Positions 50,545 through 63,813 of a stretch of DNA of 64,000 nucleotides are shown here, one piece after another. Source of the stretch: Neodothiora populina (taxonomy: Eukaryota); NCBI RefSeq assembly GCF_041146345.1, contig NW_027191415.1, positions 310,001 through 374,000 on the forward strand, written 5' to 3'. A program made the position numbers and the translations under genes. Positions within the stretch are counted from its first letter, which is position 1. Every line of letters begins with the position of its first letter. The notes beneath the pieces were generated by a model. That model was not told where the DNA came from, ran no database searches, and worked only from the letters and a program-made list of their open reading frames with translations.

Positions 50545-50867
50545 GGCTGCTGTGTCAACAGAGGTTCAGCCAATCGAGGTGTGTAGGGCAACGCGATGTG
50601 GAGGGGTTGGTGGAATATGGTCGCAATAATAAGAAGAGGATACCAGATCAATCTAATTGGGAAATTGGTCTAGTTGGGAGGAGATGATGTATTCAGAAGC
50701 TTCGCAATATAGATTCAGTAAAGGTGGGAGCTAAGATGGAGCATTCGAGAGTACAGTAGAGTCCGTGGAAGTTGTAATGAACACGACGTAATTAAGACAG
50801 AGTGTAGCAGTATACGAACGACCTCACAGCCATAGCCACAGCCACAGAACAGACCTCCTCGCACCAC

Positions 50868-50891
50868 TGCAGCAGCAGCAGCAGCAGCAGC
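50868..50891. repeat. (GCA)8 microsatellite
   Basis: Read directly from the sequence, in the divergent promoter region. Confidence 0.85.
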
Positions 50892-51643
50892 AGGACACAG
50901 CATTGCTGCATCTCGGCCGGTCGCCATACAGTACCAGCTTGCCCTGCCACACTTGGCTTCGTCATTGCTTTGCGGCATAACTTACCTTAAAAGGTACCTG
51001 AGCCTTACCTGAGCCTTACACGGAGTACAGTGTTTGTTTTGTTTGTGTTTCGCTACTCGTTTTACTGTGATTAATCCTTTTACTCCTCGAGCTTGCTCAA
51101 ATCCGCTCCAGCCTGTCCGCCGCGCCCGCACTTTGCGACTGACTCCCTCGAAAGAGCTTAATTCCTTGTCGCTCTTTGCCTCGCGAGCCTGGTCTACATA
51201 CCTACTTGCCTCACCTTACCTTACCCTACCCTACCTATTCTACTGACCACTGTCCGTCGCTCGCGTTCGTTGACCTTTGTCATCTGATCATAGTCGAATC
51301 TTGTCAGGTGGTATGCTCAGCTTGCTTGCGGGTCAACACCTTCCGCATGCACTCGTTCCGTGCGCGTCTCCGTACTTCCTTATCCTCTTCTTCTCTTCTC
51401 GCTTCCTTTCGTCAGACCTTTGCCGGCACGAGAAAAATCAAGTAGTTGGTTCGAGTCTCTCGAGTTGCTTGCTTGTTCTGCTTTCCCTTGCTCTGCCACA
51501 TTCCCCGCTGTTGTCATATCCATCGTCATATCCATCATCATCATCACACTCCTCTTTATCATTTCTGTCTCTTCCGCCCGAGTTTGAACCTGTAACACAG
51601 GTTCGCGCGAGTAGCGATCTTCGGTGATCTTGAAGAGGTGAGC

Positions 51644-54600
51644 ATGAGCCAATCACCCGCACCATCCGATTCGTCGGACTTTTACGGTGAGGAAGGGGAA
51701 GTAGAAGTTCAAGTTCAAGTTCCACATGACAAGGTCGCCTCAGATGGCAGTGGGCCAGCTTCGCCCGGCTCAGACCCCATGCCGATGGATGAAAGCTCTC
51801 CCGACAGTCCGGATCGTGCTACTACCTCTTCAACTGCTGTTACGCGCAAGCGAAAGCACAGTCTTGATCATAGTGAACCTGAGCTCGCTCAGAAGAGGAA
51901 CAAGAGCGTTACTGTCCCAGAACACTACTTTTCCACAGCTGTTTCGGGGACAGTTGGCCTACCTGCTGAACTCTGGCAGTACATCTTTCTTCATCTCCCT
52001 CCAGATAGCCTAAGTTCTTGCTTGCGAGTTAACAAAGGCTTCTACATCTATCTCACGTCTGTAGCTGCCAGCATGAGCGCTGCTCTTCCCCCTGGGCGCT
52101 CGGGTCTCAAGCTCATGGACTTTGATGCCATATGGACATCTGCCAGGAAAGTCTTCGCTCCGAATCTGCCTCGTCCGCTAGCAGGATTTAGTGAGATGCA
52201 AATGTTTCAACTGCTTGGAGGTAAATATTGCGAGATCTGTGGACACCCACCCACGGCACCACTGAATGCTAGGACTCCTTTCGATGCCGGTCCTGGTCCG
52301 CATGGTGTTCGCATCATATGGTCATTCAGCACTCGCATATGCGGGCAATGTTTTGAAGCCATGTCGCTCAAGGTGCCACCTATTCGTTACCCGCAACCAC
52401 TGTATCTGCTGCTAACAACAGACAGGATACCGCCATCCTACAGTCCGCTGCTGCACCGCTGCGTGCTGGTCTACCCCATGCCTTCCGAACTCACGATTCG
52501 CATTACATCCCAGCCACTACATTGCAAGCTAATCCAGTCGGAGCTTCGAGGGGTGCTATGTTCAAGGTCTATTTCCGAAAACACGTGCAGGAGCTGCAGG
52601 GTGAATACAGAGAAGCCAAAGAATTTGGCGAGGCTGCGGCAGAAGAGTGGGTCAAAGGCTTGCCTCTAAATGGCAAGCAGCAGATGGCAGACGCTGCTCG
52701 CTGGGAAAGATGGGAGGCCCTGCAGCCTCCAGGCTCCCATCCTGCCACAACTTTAAGGGAGTATTTCCGTCCTGTTTCTACTCGTCCAGCACCAGTAAGT
52801 CACCCGTCACCTGCTGCAGCTTCTCCTGCAGTTCCAACTGCAGCGTCTGCGGCTGTATCGTCGTCAAGCGGTACTTCGCTTCCAGTACTCTCTTCGCAAC
52901 CAAGTAAGTCTTCACCAACTGGTGCCTTCATTATTGCATTTTCGGCCACTGGCTGCATTATTTCGAAGAACTATCGTATCGTCTCTGTCATGCTTCTAGA
53001 ACTGTCGGTGGTTTCGCTTGCACCTATACCATCTCATAAGTGCGCCGTCGCAAGTATTGATTGTCGCTCTACAGTGAAACATCCATTACCAGCCAGGGTA
53101 GTAGCAGCTGTCACTCCAACATCTCCAGCGGTTTCAGCCAGTTCAGCAGAGCCATCTGTTGTCCCATTGTCCGGTCGTCAGAACGGCTCGACGCTTCAAC
53201 AGTATCCCGCGCAAAGTCAGCAAAGCCAACTGAACAAACCACAAGCTCCTGCATATCGCCCGCCGAGGAATCCGAGGGAGGTCGAAGAGGCGAGGGCAGC
53301 AAGAAAAGCCGACATCGAACGTCGAGCTTACGAAGAGTTCTACCCTCCTCTGATGCCGAATGTCCTACAACATATGGAATCCTTCCGAGCGGCTCTGCAG
53401 ATTGTCACTCCTCTCATTGACCAGGCATGGGAGGTTTTAAAGCCACGATTGTATATGCAACGAGATGCTGCTGAACAAATAGAGTACCAACGTGGGGAAC
53501 AGCTGCGTGCTTTGCAGGCAACCATACCGGATCCTTCTTATCGCGATGCTTACTCCAAAAGCGCAAATGAAGCTGCAGAGCGACAATGGGAGCACCAACA
53601 GGGACCGATCCGCAAGAAGCTTGGCAAGCTGGCCGAAGAGTTCATCCGAGCAAAGTGGAACGATGGGAAAGGCCTCACCCGTGACACCGCTCCAGCGTTC
53701 GCGGTTGAAGTCTTACTCTATGCTCGCAATAAACACGTTGAGAGAAATACCCCCAAGGACCAGGAAAATCATGAAGGGCCTCGAAGTCCCTCGGATCCTG
53801 CTTTCATCTCACTGGAAAATATGCGATGGCTGTTTGATAACAAGGTCAAAACCCTGACGGAACGGCACTGTCGCGAACTTTTCATGTGTGCAGAATGCGA
53901 GGGCATCACCAAAGGTTATGCGTTCGAAGGCCTGATACAGCACTTTGGCGCAAAGCACACTAGTGACTTCAGTCAGGGCAACATCGTTGTCCATTGGCAA
54001 ACTGCTGACTGGCCTGATGATCCGCCTTTCATTCCTACAATTGGCGATGCCGATCCAACACTACCCGATAGGACTGCTTCAAACTCAGCTACTGCATATA
54101 CTGCAGGCGCACTAAACGGAGCTCGCTCACATCCTTCAGGCTCAGACTCGCAATACCTGCCGTATGTAGCTCCAACAGCGGCTTTGTCGAGCTTGATGCC
54201 CGGGCAAATCGAACAACTGTATGTCGCTTTGAATCGACAAGAAGCAGCGCCTGCTCTTCCAGCTGGAATCCACACTCAAGTTCACGATCCTGGACGCTCC
54301 TTGTCATATTCTGCGCAGCAGCCGCAACAAATTAGCGCTCAGACAGACGCCTCACACCCCACGTTGCCTTCTTCCATGGACCAGTACCAGGAACACTTGG
54401 ATAAAATAGCCAAAGTGGCCAGAAAAATCTGGGACGGCATCGCTGGTGTCAAAAGCATGGTGGAAAGCATCAAGATGCAGACTGTTCTTCTACATGTAAT
54501 CAAGGCTTTCAAAGCTCGGTATACCATTGAACCATCTCTGGATCTCTTCACCGATGCCCTGGCAAATCACATCTTGATGCGCCCCATCAAGGATGCCCAC

Positions 54601-56190
54601 CCTCTGGCGTGCAAGACTTGCATATCGGCGTCACTTGGATCGACTGCGTATAAGCCTTATCACCACCGGCTTGCCGACAATAAGAGCTACAGCATCTCAT
54701 CACTCATCACCCATTTCAAGACAGTTCATCTCATCGGTCAAGACGCAGACTCCGTGGATTGGAAGGAAGACATGATTGAAATGGCCGATGAGGTCCAGAT
54801 CAGTGGCCTTGTGTCGGCTATTGGCATGGATGACGACAAATTGGCGATAATTGCTGCTGTTTTCCCAGCCGTGTTTCCGCATCCACTGCCACGGATCGGC
54901 AAGATCGCTGCACGAGAAGTTGCTTCGCTCGATTCAGACAATGGCCCTGGCCGTTATAACAAATTCAACAAGAAGGAAAAGAAAAAGAAAAACAATAAGC
55001 GTAGTCGACAAGTTGCTGTCGAACATGAAGAGGCAGAGCAGTCTGATCTACCCGAAGCGGGCGAAGACGAATACGATCCTCGTCGTCCCGCTTTCATTAG
55101 CACTCCTGCCTATACGTCTCATGGTCGTCAATTACAGAGTGGAGCAGCTAGTAATGGCAATCCTACCCCGAAAACCTCCGTGCTCGACCCATCCGTATTG
55201 ACGCCTGAGACGCTAGCAGCATTGAGTAAACTGGCGCCTGCGCTCAATCTCACCCCTTCCGCGTCTCTTGGATCGGTCAACGCTGTTGCGAACGATATAC
55301 GATCGGCCCCGAGCACGATTGAGGCTACACCCGCAAGGAATCAGAGGGCGGCATACCACCCGGACGATCCAGCTGCGAAACACAGTGCTCAATCGCGTCG
55401 CCGACATTCGCAGGAAAAGGATAAGCGGCATAGCAAGAAAGAACGTGGCGATCGTGATGAGAAAAAGGGCAGGAACAGGAGAAGCGGCGCCGGCATGAGT
55501 GACCGCGAGGAACCCACGGAACCAGAAGAGGATTACACACAAGTGATAAGGACTGCACCAGCGACTGGTGGCGACTATTCGTCGACCAGTCTCGCACAAC
55601 ATCCCGGCTTGGTACCTGCTGTCTCGCCGACTCAATTAATAGACCGGACTCGTGGTAGAAGCCAACATGCAGATGCCGCAGGCTATAGCAACATTCCTCT
55701 TGATCAATATGGTCAGCCGATGCCACCTGCGGATCCGTATCGTTACGAGCCAAGGGAGCGAGTTCAATACGTGGACGAGTACGGTCGTCCGATCCAATAT
55801 GCGCCTCCTCCACGTGAGGAAGTCAGATACGTGGATCAGTATGGTCGTACGGTCGAAGTGGTCAGAGTCGTCGAGAGACCCCTGTACGACCGTGGTCCTC
55901 CGCCCATGTACGAATACCCACAGCCTCACCAAGCACATCCTCATGGGCATGTCGCTGCTGCCCCTGCTGTGAACGCCGCAGTTCCCGTGATGCCGCAACA
56001 TCACGGCCATCCGTACGCCTCCGCACCTCCACCAGCACCTCAGTCTGGGCCTGAGTATGGTTGGCCACCGCCAGCAGAGCATGATTACGGCAGACCTCCA
56101 ACGGAGCTGCCATACGATCCGAGAAGAGAAAGAGTCCAATATATCGACGAATACGGTCGGCCGATTCCATACGGCCCGCCCGCATACTAG
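51644..56190 (+). CDS. Large F-box protein with Cys/His zinc-binding motifs and a low-complexity C-terminus (DUF7892-like)
   Basis: GLPAELWQYIFLHLPPDSLSSCLRVNK F-box, CEICG...RICGQC, CAEC...HFGAKH and CKTC...HFKTVH. Intron 52373-52425 joins the two ORFs in frame. Confidence 0.85.
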
Positions 56191-59100
56191 TGGTTGTGAC
56201 CGGCGTTTTGTCCGTTTGGTCGGTTCATCTATTGTTAAAGGACGAGTTTCATGACTGGCGTTTTCTGTGCGGAACTATTCGGGATCAAAAGGCATAGCAC
56301 TGGTATTCTGTCATTTCACAGCTTGTACAATAACTTGCATTATCCTTTTTCTTCTCTACGACATCTGTTTGTTTCGGTACGAAGGTTTGAACGTTAAGTT
56401 GGACGAGGAAGACCAAATCTACTGGAGGAAGGAGCTGCATCTGCCCACATGTTGCTCGATATCATGATCAGGCATAATCAAGGCGACGCTGTCGAGGACA
56501 TATCTCACACGTTTATAAAAGATATAATAGCAGTACCCATACAAACATACACAGACATTGACATGCTCTTGATCACAAACCGAGCCGCATCTTATCTTGC
56601 TTAGAACAGATATATAGCCAACAGCAACAGAGTCAGAGTCAGAGTTGACCTCTCAATCTGCAACTTCCCTCTTCAATAGTCACAAATCATACAATCATTG
56701 GAACCACCAGCCAGCATGGAACAGCTTTTGTGAGATACAGTAAGAGTCCAAGACCATCGTCTATCTCAGATAGATAGATGCCATACTCTCCAACGACACC
56801 CCATGCTCGCCATGCTGCGTTGTTCATACCTACCTTACTCTATCCACCCTACCACCACCGCTATTCTGTACAAAACAATACGTTGAAAGCAAGACGAGTT
56901 CCTAAAGCAGCTCGACCGACTCATTCCGTACCCGCCTAGCCAGCCCTCATCAAAAGAGGACTTCAAGATACAGTACGTCCCTAGTAATATTCCAAAGCTC
57001 ACGCATCCAAAACCGCGCCACTAACCAGACCCGTCCAGCAAGCCGACCAGACCACAGCAAAGAAACAACAAACGCAATAAACGCAACAAACGCAAACCTA
57101 GAGCCCTCTCCGACATCCAACGAGGTCTCGCAAGTCTAAAAAAACTTACCGGACTTGGGCGTATGAACCCTGTTTCTTCTGCGTCTTTTCTGCTGATCAC
57201 TACTGAGCGGGTTCCCCCCCTCCCCCCCCTTTTGTGCCTTGGAGTGGGTTGTGCTTCCGAGGGGTTTATGTTTACTTTACCTTACTTGCTTGAGTCGTGG
57301 ATGGGACGGGTAGGCGGGAGAGGCAGAGAGGGAGGAAAGGTTAAGGCACGGTAGAGGCTTCAGATGCGGCGACTTTTCCGCTCAATGGCACGGTCGCGGA
57401 ATTTTGGGTCTTGCGTTCTATGGTTCTCCGTAGATCGCGCCGAGGGGTCGAGAAGAGACGGAAAAGCGAAGAGTCGATCGTCCTCACGTAGCCTGGAGTC
57501 CACACAGTAGCATGTTTCTGTGTGTACCTCTGTGTGATGTGAGCATGTGTGTGTGTATCTCTACGGTAATGGTATGGTAATAGTGTGCGGCAACTGCCGC
57601 TTCCACTTCGAGCATTTATCCGTACGGAAGGTCGAACCGTGGATGTGCGATATAGGGCTGTGCTTAACCGAGGACCACGGTAAGGACGACGCAGGGAAGT
57701 GGGTTAGACTTCGGCCAGCCTCGGCTTAATTGGCGGTACGGTATGTCACTGCCAACTCCACGTATGGCAATGCCGAAGAAGCTGATCCTCCTTGCACGTT
57801 TGATGTGCAGATCGTTAACAACAACAACAATGATATTGGTGATAACAAAGATAGGAAGAGAGATAATGTAAGCTAGGTCTCTGCTCTGGTCCCCGCCACT
57901 CACTGTCCTCACGCATTGTGTGAAGGGGAAAAAACACGACCGTCGCGAGAGAGAAAGACTGGCAGAGACAACTCGGTGTTCATCTGATGCTTTGTCTTAC
58001 TCTGCACATTGTTCACCCCAGTGCTGGCTTACCTTTTTTAGGACTACGTATACTTCCATGGTCGGAAAGTTACGTAGCTGACCAGGGTAAGTGAAGGCGA
58101 GGATAAATGGAAAGAAGGGTCATGAACCACAAAAGCCACGACGGGGCCAAGGTTGTAGACCACGTGGCAGCCAGGCACTTCGGACCGAGAGGTCTTCATT
58201 GGCTGGGTAGGACATGCACAGGGGTCTCAAGCTTTTTCCCTCTTTCCATGACTGCGCCGCTTTGACAGGTCCTCGCATGCACGACATGCAAGTACCTTTC
58301 AAGTACAGTCCAATAAGGTAAGCCCGTCCGGCAACACGGATGCGGGGAGCTTGTCATACGACTCTTCGATTCAGTGGTAGGCCGGCCGCCAAGCTACCCT
58401 TAGTGGCTTTCTCTGCTAGGTCCTCTCTGAGCGATGACTGGTACGGTGTGTGCCTCGAATGGTGGTTGCCGGTCAATCAAAATTAGACTTTTGCTTCTCC
58501 CGCGGGCTAGCAGTGCACTAGCGCCTGCGCATTGCCTGCAAGTAGGACCTCATGTCCTCTTCTTCACCTCTGCTCTTCGACTGTGTTTTCCCACTGCTGA
58601 AGTGCATACCATGAAAAATCGAGCATGTACAAATTGCGCAAAACCAAAGAATAAGACTCGCATTGCGATGCTCGCAATCCCTGGGATGCAGATCTCCACT
58701 CGGTATCAACTCCGAGTCCATCTTGGGCTACGGTGAAGTCATGTGGGGCTAAAGCGTCGCTGGTTGGATCCGAGAGACGTCTGTTCACTCCTGGCTTGCG
58801 TTTGTTTATTCCATTGCTCTACGATACTAATTGTCTGTGTGGAAAGCGAAAGTTTGAACGACCAGAGAAAAAGCAAGGTGATCTCGTCGTGTGAGGTGGT
58901 TCTTTTTAAGATTGCAGGACATGAGTCTAATGCTAGCAATGAAAGAAGGTTAAACTTTAGTGATGTGCTTGCACATCCCTCCGTCCATCTGTTGCCCTTA
59001 CGATAGTATGTATGATAACGTTAACTTTTGGCAGTAAACAAGAATCAAGTTGCAGCATACTTGTACTCGTACGGACAGGTGTTGTACACTATTCGTGCGC

Positions 59101-59835
59101 CAGCAGGTGGCTAGAAAACTTTGTTTGGTCTGCAATGATATGATAGGGATCGACATACCGTTTCAGGGATGATCTTCATTCGCTCCAGCGAAGCTGAGCC
59201 TGTGTCTCGATCCCCATCTAAATCCCTAGCAGCGTTGATTCTGCTATACGATTATGGTGCACATGAACTTGTCTTAATGTGGGGAAAAGCTCGAAGACAT
59301 GGCCCGCTTGATCGTTTGATTGTTCTTACACTTCGTAGCGTTCAGCTTGGTATGTGACAATCGAGAGTGAATGGAATTACCAGAGTGTAGGATCGAGGTT
59401 GTGTGTACCATTTGTGTTGTCATTCCTATATTCACTGCACGATCTTTGATTTGTGGCGATAAGATCCCGTAGATCGATCACAGACGCTTCTTTTGATGCT
59501 CCACGTGCTCGACATTGCGATGGTAATTGCGATCTGGCCTCAAATCTCAAGCCTTAGGGAGACATCGGCATTTTATTCTGCTTTAGCTGTCTGCGGAGAG
59601 CGGTGCTAGTGTCGTGGTACAGACATCTGCCATTCTACCGACTTTCAGCCAGTGGCTTCATTGAGACATGAAGAATAGAAGCATGTGAAATGGTATTTAG
59701 GAGTCATACGCTCATCTTTGCGAGGTCGCTATCACGACCTGTGTCTCGACCAATGCTTAAAGTCGAATTTGGCTTCAGCTTCGATGCCTTAAAACGAGGT
59801 AGCTGGGTGGTCATATTGACATACTGAAGTTCAGT

Positions 59836-61274
59836 TCATGACGGCAGCCCTTCCTCGGCAGGAGTTGTGACAGTCGTTGGATGTGGCAGATGATTCCGCA
59901 TGCGTTCCCATACTCCAGTCCACTCAGTTTTGCGGACGGACTCGTCAGTCCAGTCAGGGAAAGTGAGATCGTTTCCAGTCATACTTGAGATGACCTTATC
60001 ACACCAGACCAGGAACTGCACCAGCGTAGGCCCATAAGCATCAGTATGATAGATGACCTCGAGCCCGCCCCGGGCATTAATCATTCTGCGTAGAGGGGCT
60101 TGATATAAAGTCACTGGACTGCCAGCATGTCCCTGTGTGCTTTCAGCCAGTGCGATCAAGGTCACAGCCAAGATGGTAGCAGAGCTAAGCACACGTTTCG
60201 GATTTTCAAGAGCATCATTGAGCAACTTGACAGTCTGACGTTGGAATACTCGAGGCGCGACTTCCATGGTCATGCCGCCTCTCTCAAGCATAGCCGAGGT
60301 GGTCGACATGAGAGCGAACAGTAGAGCAGGTTCGTGTTCAGCGACTGTCAGTTGGAGAGGCAGATCACATACAGCTTTCTGGTACTCTGAATCCGAATGG
60401 ATCTCTTTGATTTGAGCAGCGGTGATGGCACGGTCTATGTCTTGTCAGCTTCGTGAGAACGTGAGTATGATCAGATTCTGATGGGCCGCTTACATCTTTC
60501 GATCATGCGTCCATAAAGCGGCGTCCACGACACAGGAAATCTGCTGAACGGATTTCCGTCATGCTTCATTTGCTGAAAGCAGGGACAGTCCTCGTTGAGG
60601 ACGACCTCGAAGAATGGCGAGGGTGAGCGCGAACGACGCGACCAACCAGGAGGTTCTTGAGACTTCGAGCTAGATCGATCATCGTCGGCCACATCACTCA
60701 TGGCGCTATCATGTCGAGGTAAGGACAAAGGGAATGAGGAAAATCCGCTTTCGTGATACGGGTTCCATGGTATCACAGCACTTGCCACTGACGGCGAGCG
60801 ACGAGGATTCCGCGCGGCAGGCGCGTTAACCGTCTCACGATTTGAGACATTCGAGACGGGCGGCGAAGAGGACGCAGGCGCATCCGAAATAGGCACGTGT
60901 ACTTGAAGATTCGAAGAGCCTGTTCCGCATACTGGGTCCACGGACGAGTCAGTAGTCGGGGGTTGCGATAGCACTCCTTCAAAGGTTGTATGATGCTGGA
61001 CTTTGCGGCGCTTGTTCGGAGGAGGCCTTGCTGGTGCTGCCTTTTTCGAATTCCTCTGACGACTCGTCCAGCCGTACTTTGCTGCCTGAGACCGGACACT
61101 GTGACCGCCCTTTCTCACGCCGGATCCAGTTTCGAAGACGAAATTGAATGTATTTTCTTGTTTGGGAACATCATTCTCTGGTGACCTTGTCGACATTATA
61201 TCTCTGCCAGTAGCATCGGCGTGAGACTCGTGGGAGTCGTGCCGTCGAGGCACTCCAGATCCACTATTAGACAT
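59836..61274 (-). CDS. Hypothetical protein resembling fungal transcription-factor-domain proteins that lack a Zn cluster
   Basis: FNFVFE...SVRSQAAK N-terminal motif, NLS-like NKRRKV and NPFSRFPV. Intron 60435-60493 joins to EPALLFAL...ATILAV...RRMINARGGL. Confidence 0.7.
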
Positions 61275-62081
61275 GTTTGTTGTTATTGTCGATCAGCAGA
61301 GACGAATGACATTTTGCTATCGATGGAAGTGAAATTGAATCGAGGGGCAGGCACATGTTAAGAGCGATTGACATGATGGATTGCTGGTCTCAGCTTTGCC
61401 TGCGCTAAAGTAGGACTGGCGGCCGCGGGCACCTAACCGATCGGGTAAACTTCCAGAGACAACATGATCCCTGGTTCGCGGTCCAACGATCTCATGAGGG
61501 AGAAAAACGCCAAGAACTCTTAGTATTGATTCGGGCGTCTTCGGCGTGTACGATCGAAGCAGTAGATCGTGATGTTCCGGGCAATTGATCAGCTAGCGAG
61601 ATATGTGGTTCGACACAGGTTGAGATTTAGGAGTATTATTACACTATGGAACGCGGGATTTGGCGATACACATGACCAAAATGGACATGGCAGCTTCACT
61701 CTCCACACCTGACCATCGACTGCTTGTGGCAGTCTCAAAACTCCGGGGAATCTAGCAATTTCCCTGCCCTTTTCCCATAGTCCACTTCGTTGCCGAGACC
61801 TGGGTCCCGATGACGACGAAAACCAAGCATCCAATGCCAACGCTATCTAAGTGGTAATGCTCCCTGAAACCACGTGTACAATCCCAGCAGAGGTCTCACC
61901 AGGCATGTGACTCGGATGCTTAAAATGGCATCAACCTTAGTCGTTTGGACTTTCGACTATCCGCAGCAATGTACCTTGGTCACCTGCGGCATCTTCGCAG
62001 AAAACGGACTCACACCGACAGAGCATCACAGCATTGTGCACGCTGCTCGAAACCTTAATGGTGGAGATGGGGGCTATGGCC

Positions 62082-62594
62082 TCAGTGGTCATTATTGGGC
62101 CAACTTGACCGTCTCCTCAGCAAGCCCGGTCTAGAGATCTGAGCCACCCGCTCCGCGAAGCCTCGATGTAGTTGGCCGTGGCTGTTCTCTAGAAACTTCT
62201 TGACGAAGCCTGCGAAAGTGCGATTGCAGATGGCGTCGCTCGTTATGCGCACCAATCGTTTATCTGGCGCAAGTACAACCAATCGCCAATGGTTGACTGA
62301 GGTAAAGCCCCCGGGCGCTTTGACAGTAATGTCGCATCCGTCTTCGACTATCTTGTAGGTCGCCGTGTAAGAGACACCACCATTCCAGAGCTTCTTTGGG
62401 ATGAAAGCCAAGTAGTCTTCCACCCTGTACTCCCAGGTGTCCTGTCCATGTTGGGCCACCAACACATATCCTTTGCAGTCCGGATTGAGCTTGACTATCA
62501 GGTCGAAGTCATGCATCAACTTGATGATCAGATCAGAGGGAGTGGACGTGTCAATGGTGGACTCGGAAACATGGGAAAAGGACGTTTCGAACAT
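62082..62594 (-). CDS. Small fungal hypothetical protein (DUF7053-like, possible START/SRPBCC-type fold)
   Basis: 170-aa intronless ORF with LMHDFDLIVKLNP, VKAPGG and FVKKFLENSH motifs. Family assignment is from recall. Confidence 0.7.
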   Translation of the reverse strand: MFETSFSHVSESTIDTSTPSDLIIKLMHDFDLIVKLNPDCKGYVLVAQHGQDTWEYRVEDYLAFIPKKLWNGGVSYTATYKIVEDGCDITVKAPGGFTSVNHWRLVVLAPDKRLVRITSDAICNRTFAGFVKKFLENSHGQLHRGFAERVAQISRPGLLRRRSSWPNNDH

Positions 62595-63813
62595 GGTACT
62601 TGCAGCTTGACTGTTGGACCAGATATGAACACAGCTGCGCGTTCTTACAGTAGTAACTCCGGCTGTTTTCTTGCGAGGTCACGGATCACGATGAAGATTG
62701 GACAAATGGGTGCTCGGTTACAATAAAATCAATTGCAGTTGGTATGTAGACGAATACAGATGAACCTCTACTGTTCGGCATTCCAACGTAAGCTATTGCA
62801 GCAACAATAATTACGTCATGTATGAGCATAGGACAGCGGGCAAAGTTCGCCTCGGTGAAGAACGGTCTCAGGAACCTTGAGGAAGTTAAAATTCACTACA
62901 CACCAGCTGTGCAGCCAGGAGATTGGTGAAGAGTCGTGTAGCACGTGTATCGCAGCACAAGCACAAGCACAGCACTCCGGAAGTGGCGGAAGGTGGACCA
63001 TGCGAGCGCATACGAATAGGTCTCATCTCGGGCGCAAGGTTTTGGTCGCTGTGGTACTTTCAATATCATACAGTACTGGTTATTTCACTGCCCAAGCGAT
63101 AGAAAGGTAGCTTTGGAGGTAATAATTCCGACGTGCACTGTGAGAGAAGGTGGTGGCGCGGTTTGAGACATCAAGCGAATGCCAAGGATAGCAAAAATCC
63201 GATCAAGCGTCTCCAGAAACGGTAAGGCTGAGTCGCAATCAAAGATTCGCCGATTCTTCCATTTGAGCGAGACACGGGACGGTCAATGAAGATGTGCCCG
63301 GACTATTCTTGTATCCGGATCACAATTGGTGCTTTGGCTGACAACGGACTGGTCGAACAGGGACAACCGAGTCGCCTCATCCTGCGACATTTGCGGGATA
63401 CACGTAGCTTAGTCCGATAGCGGTTAATTCATGTCGTCTTTGTTCTTCTTCTTATCCCAGCCCGGGCCGTCGGACGCCTGTTGCTGCCGGAGATACTTTT
63501 TCGGCTGGGGAAGACTAGTATCTCCGTGCCTCACGTGTCGGTGTCTCTGTGGCACATGCATGCTGTGATGGAGCATTTCACATCCCTGCACTTCTTAAAT
63601 TGCTAGATCGATGCTCGTGCTATACAAGTACTAAGAGATAAGCCGATAGTCTTGGTGCATGACGTAGAGAGTGGCTAGCAGATTTCGATACTTGTAGCGT
63701 TCCTGAGTGAGGAACTGTATTGTACGTTACAGTTATTTCGGCTATCTGACGCGTTGCAGCCATTTGCTGCCAGACGCGTGCAGTGACGCGGAAGGAGCTT
63801 CTGACAATTCATA

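Noticed and set aside
51400..51470. tRNA-like GGTTCGAGTC B-box
   Set aside because: No cloverleaf or A-box can be built around it.
57150..59800. Telomerase RNA candidate (large gene-free region ending at a 5' splice site)
   Set aside because: No TAACCCTAA-type template of about 1.5 repeats found on either strand, only GGGTTAG at 57701.
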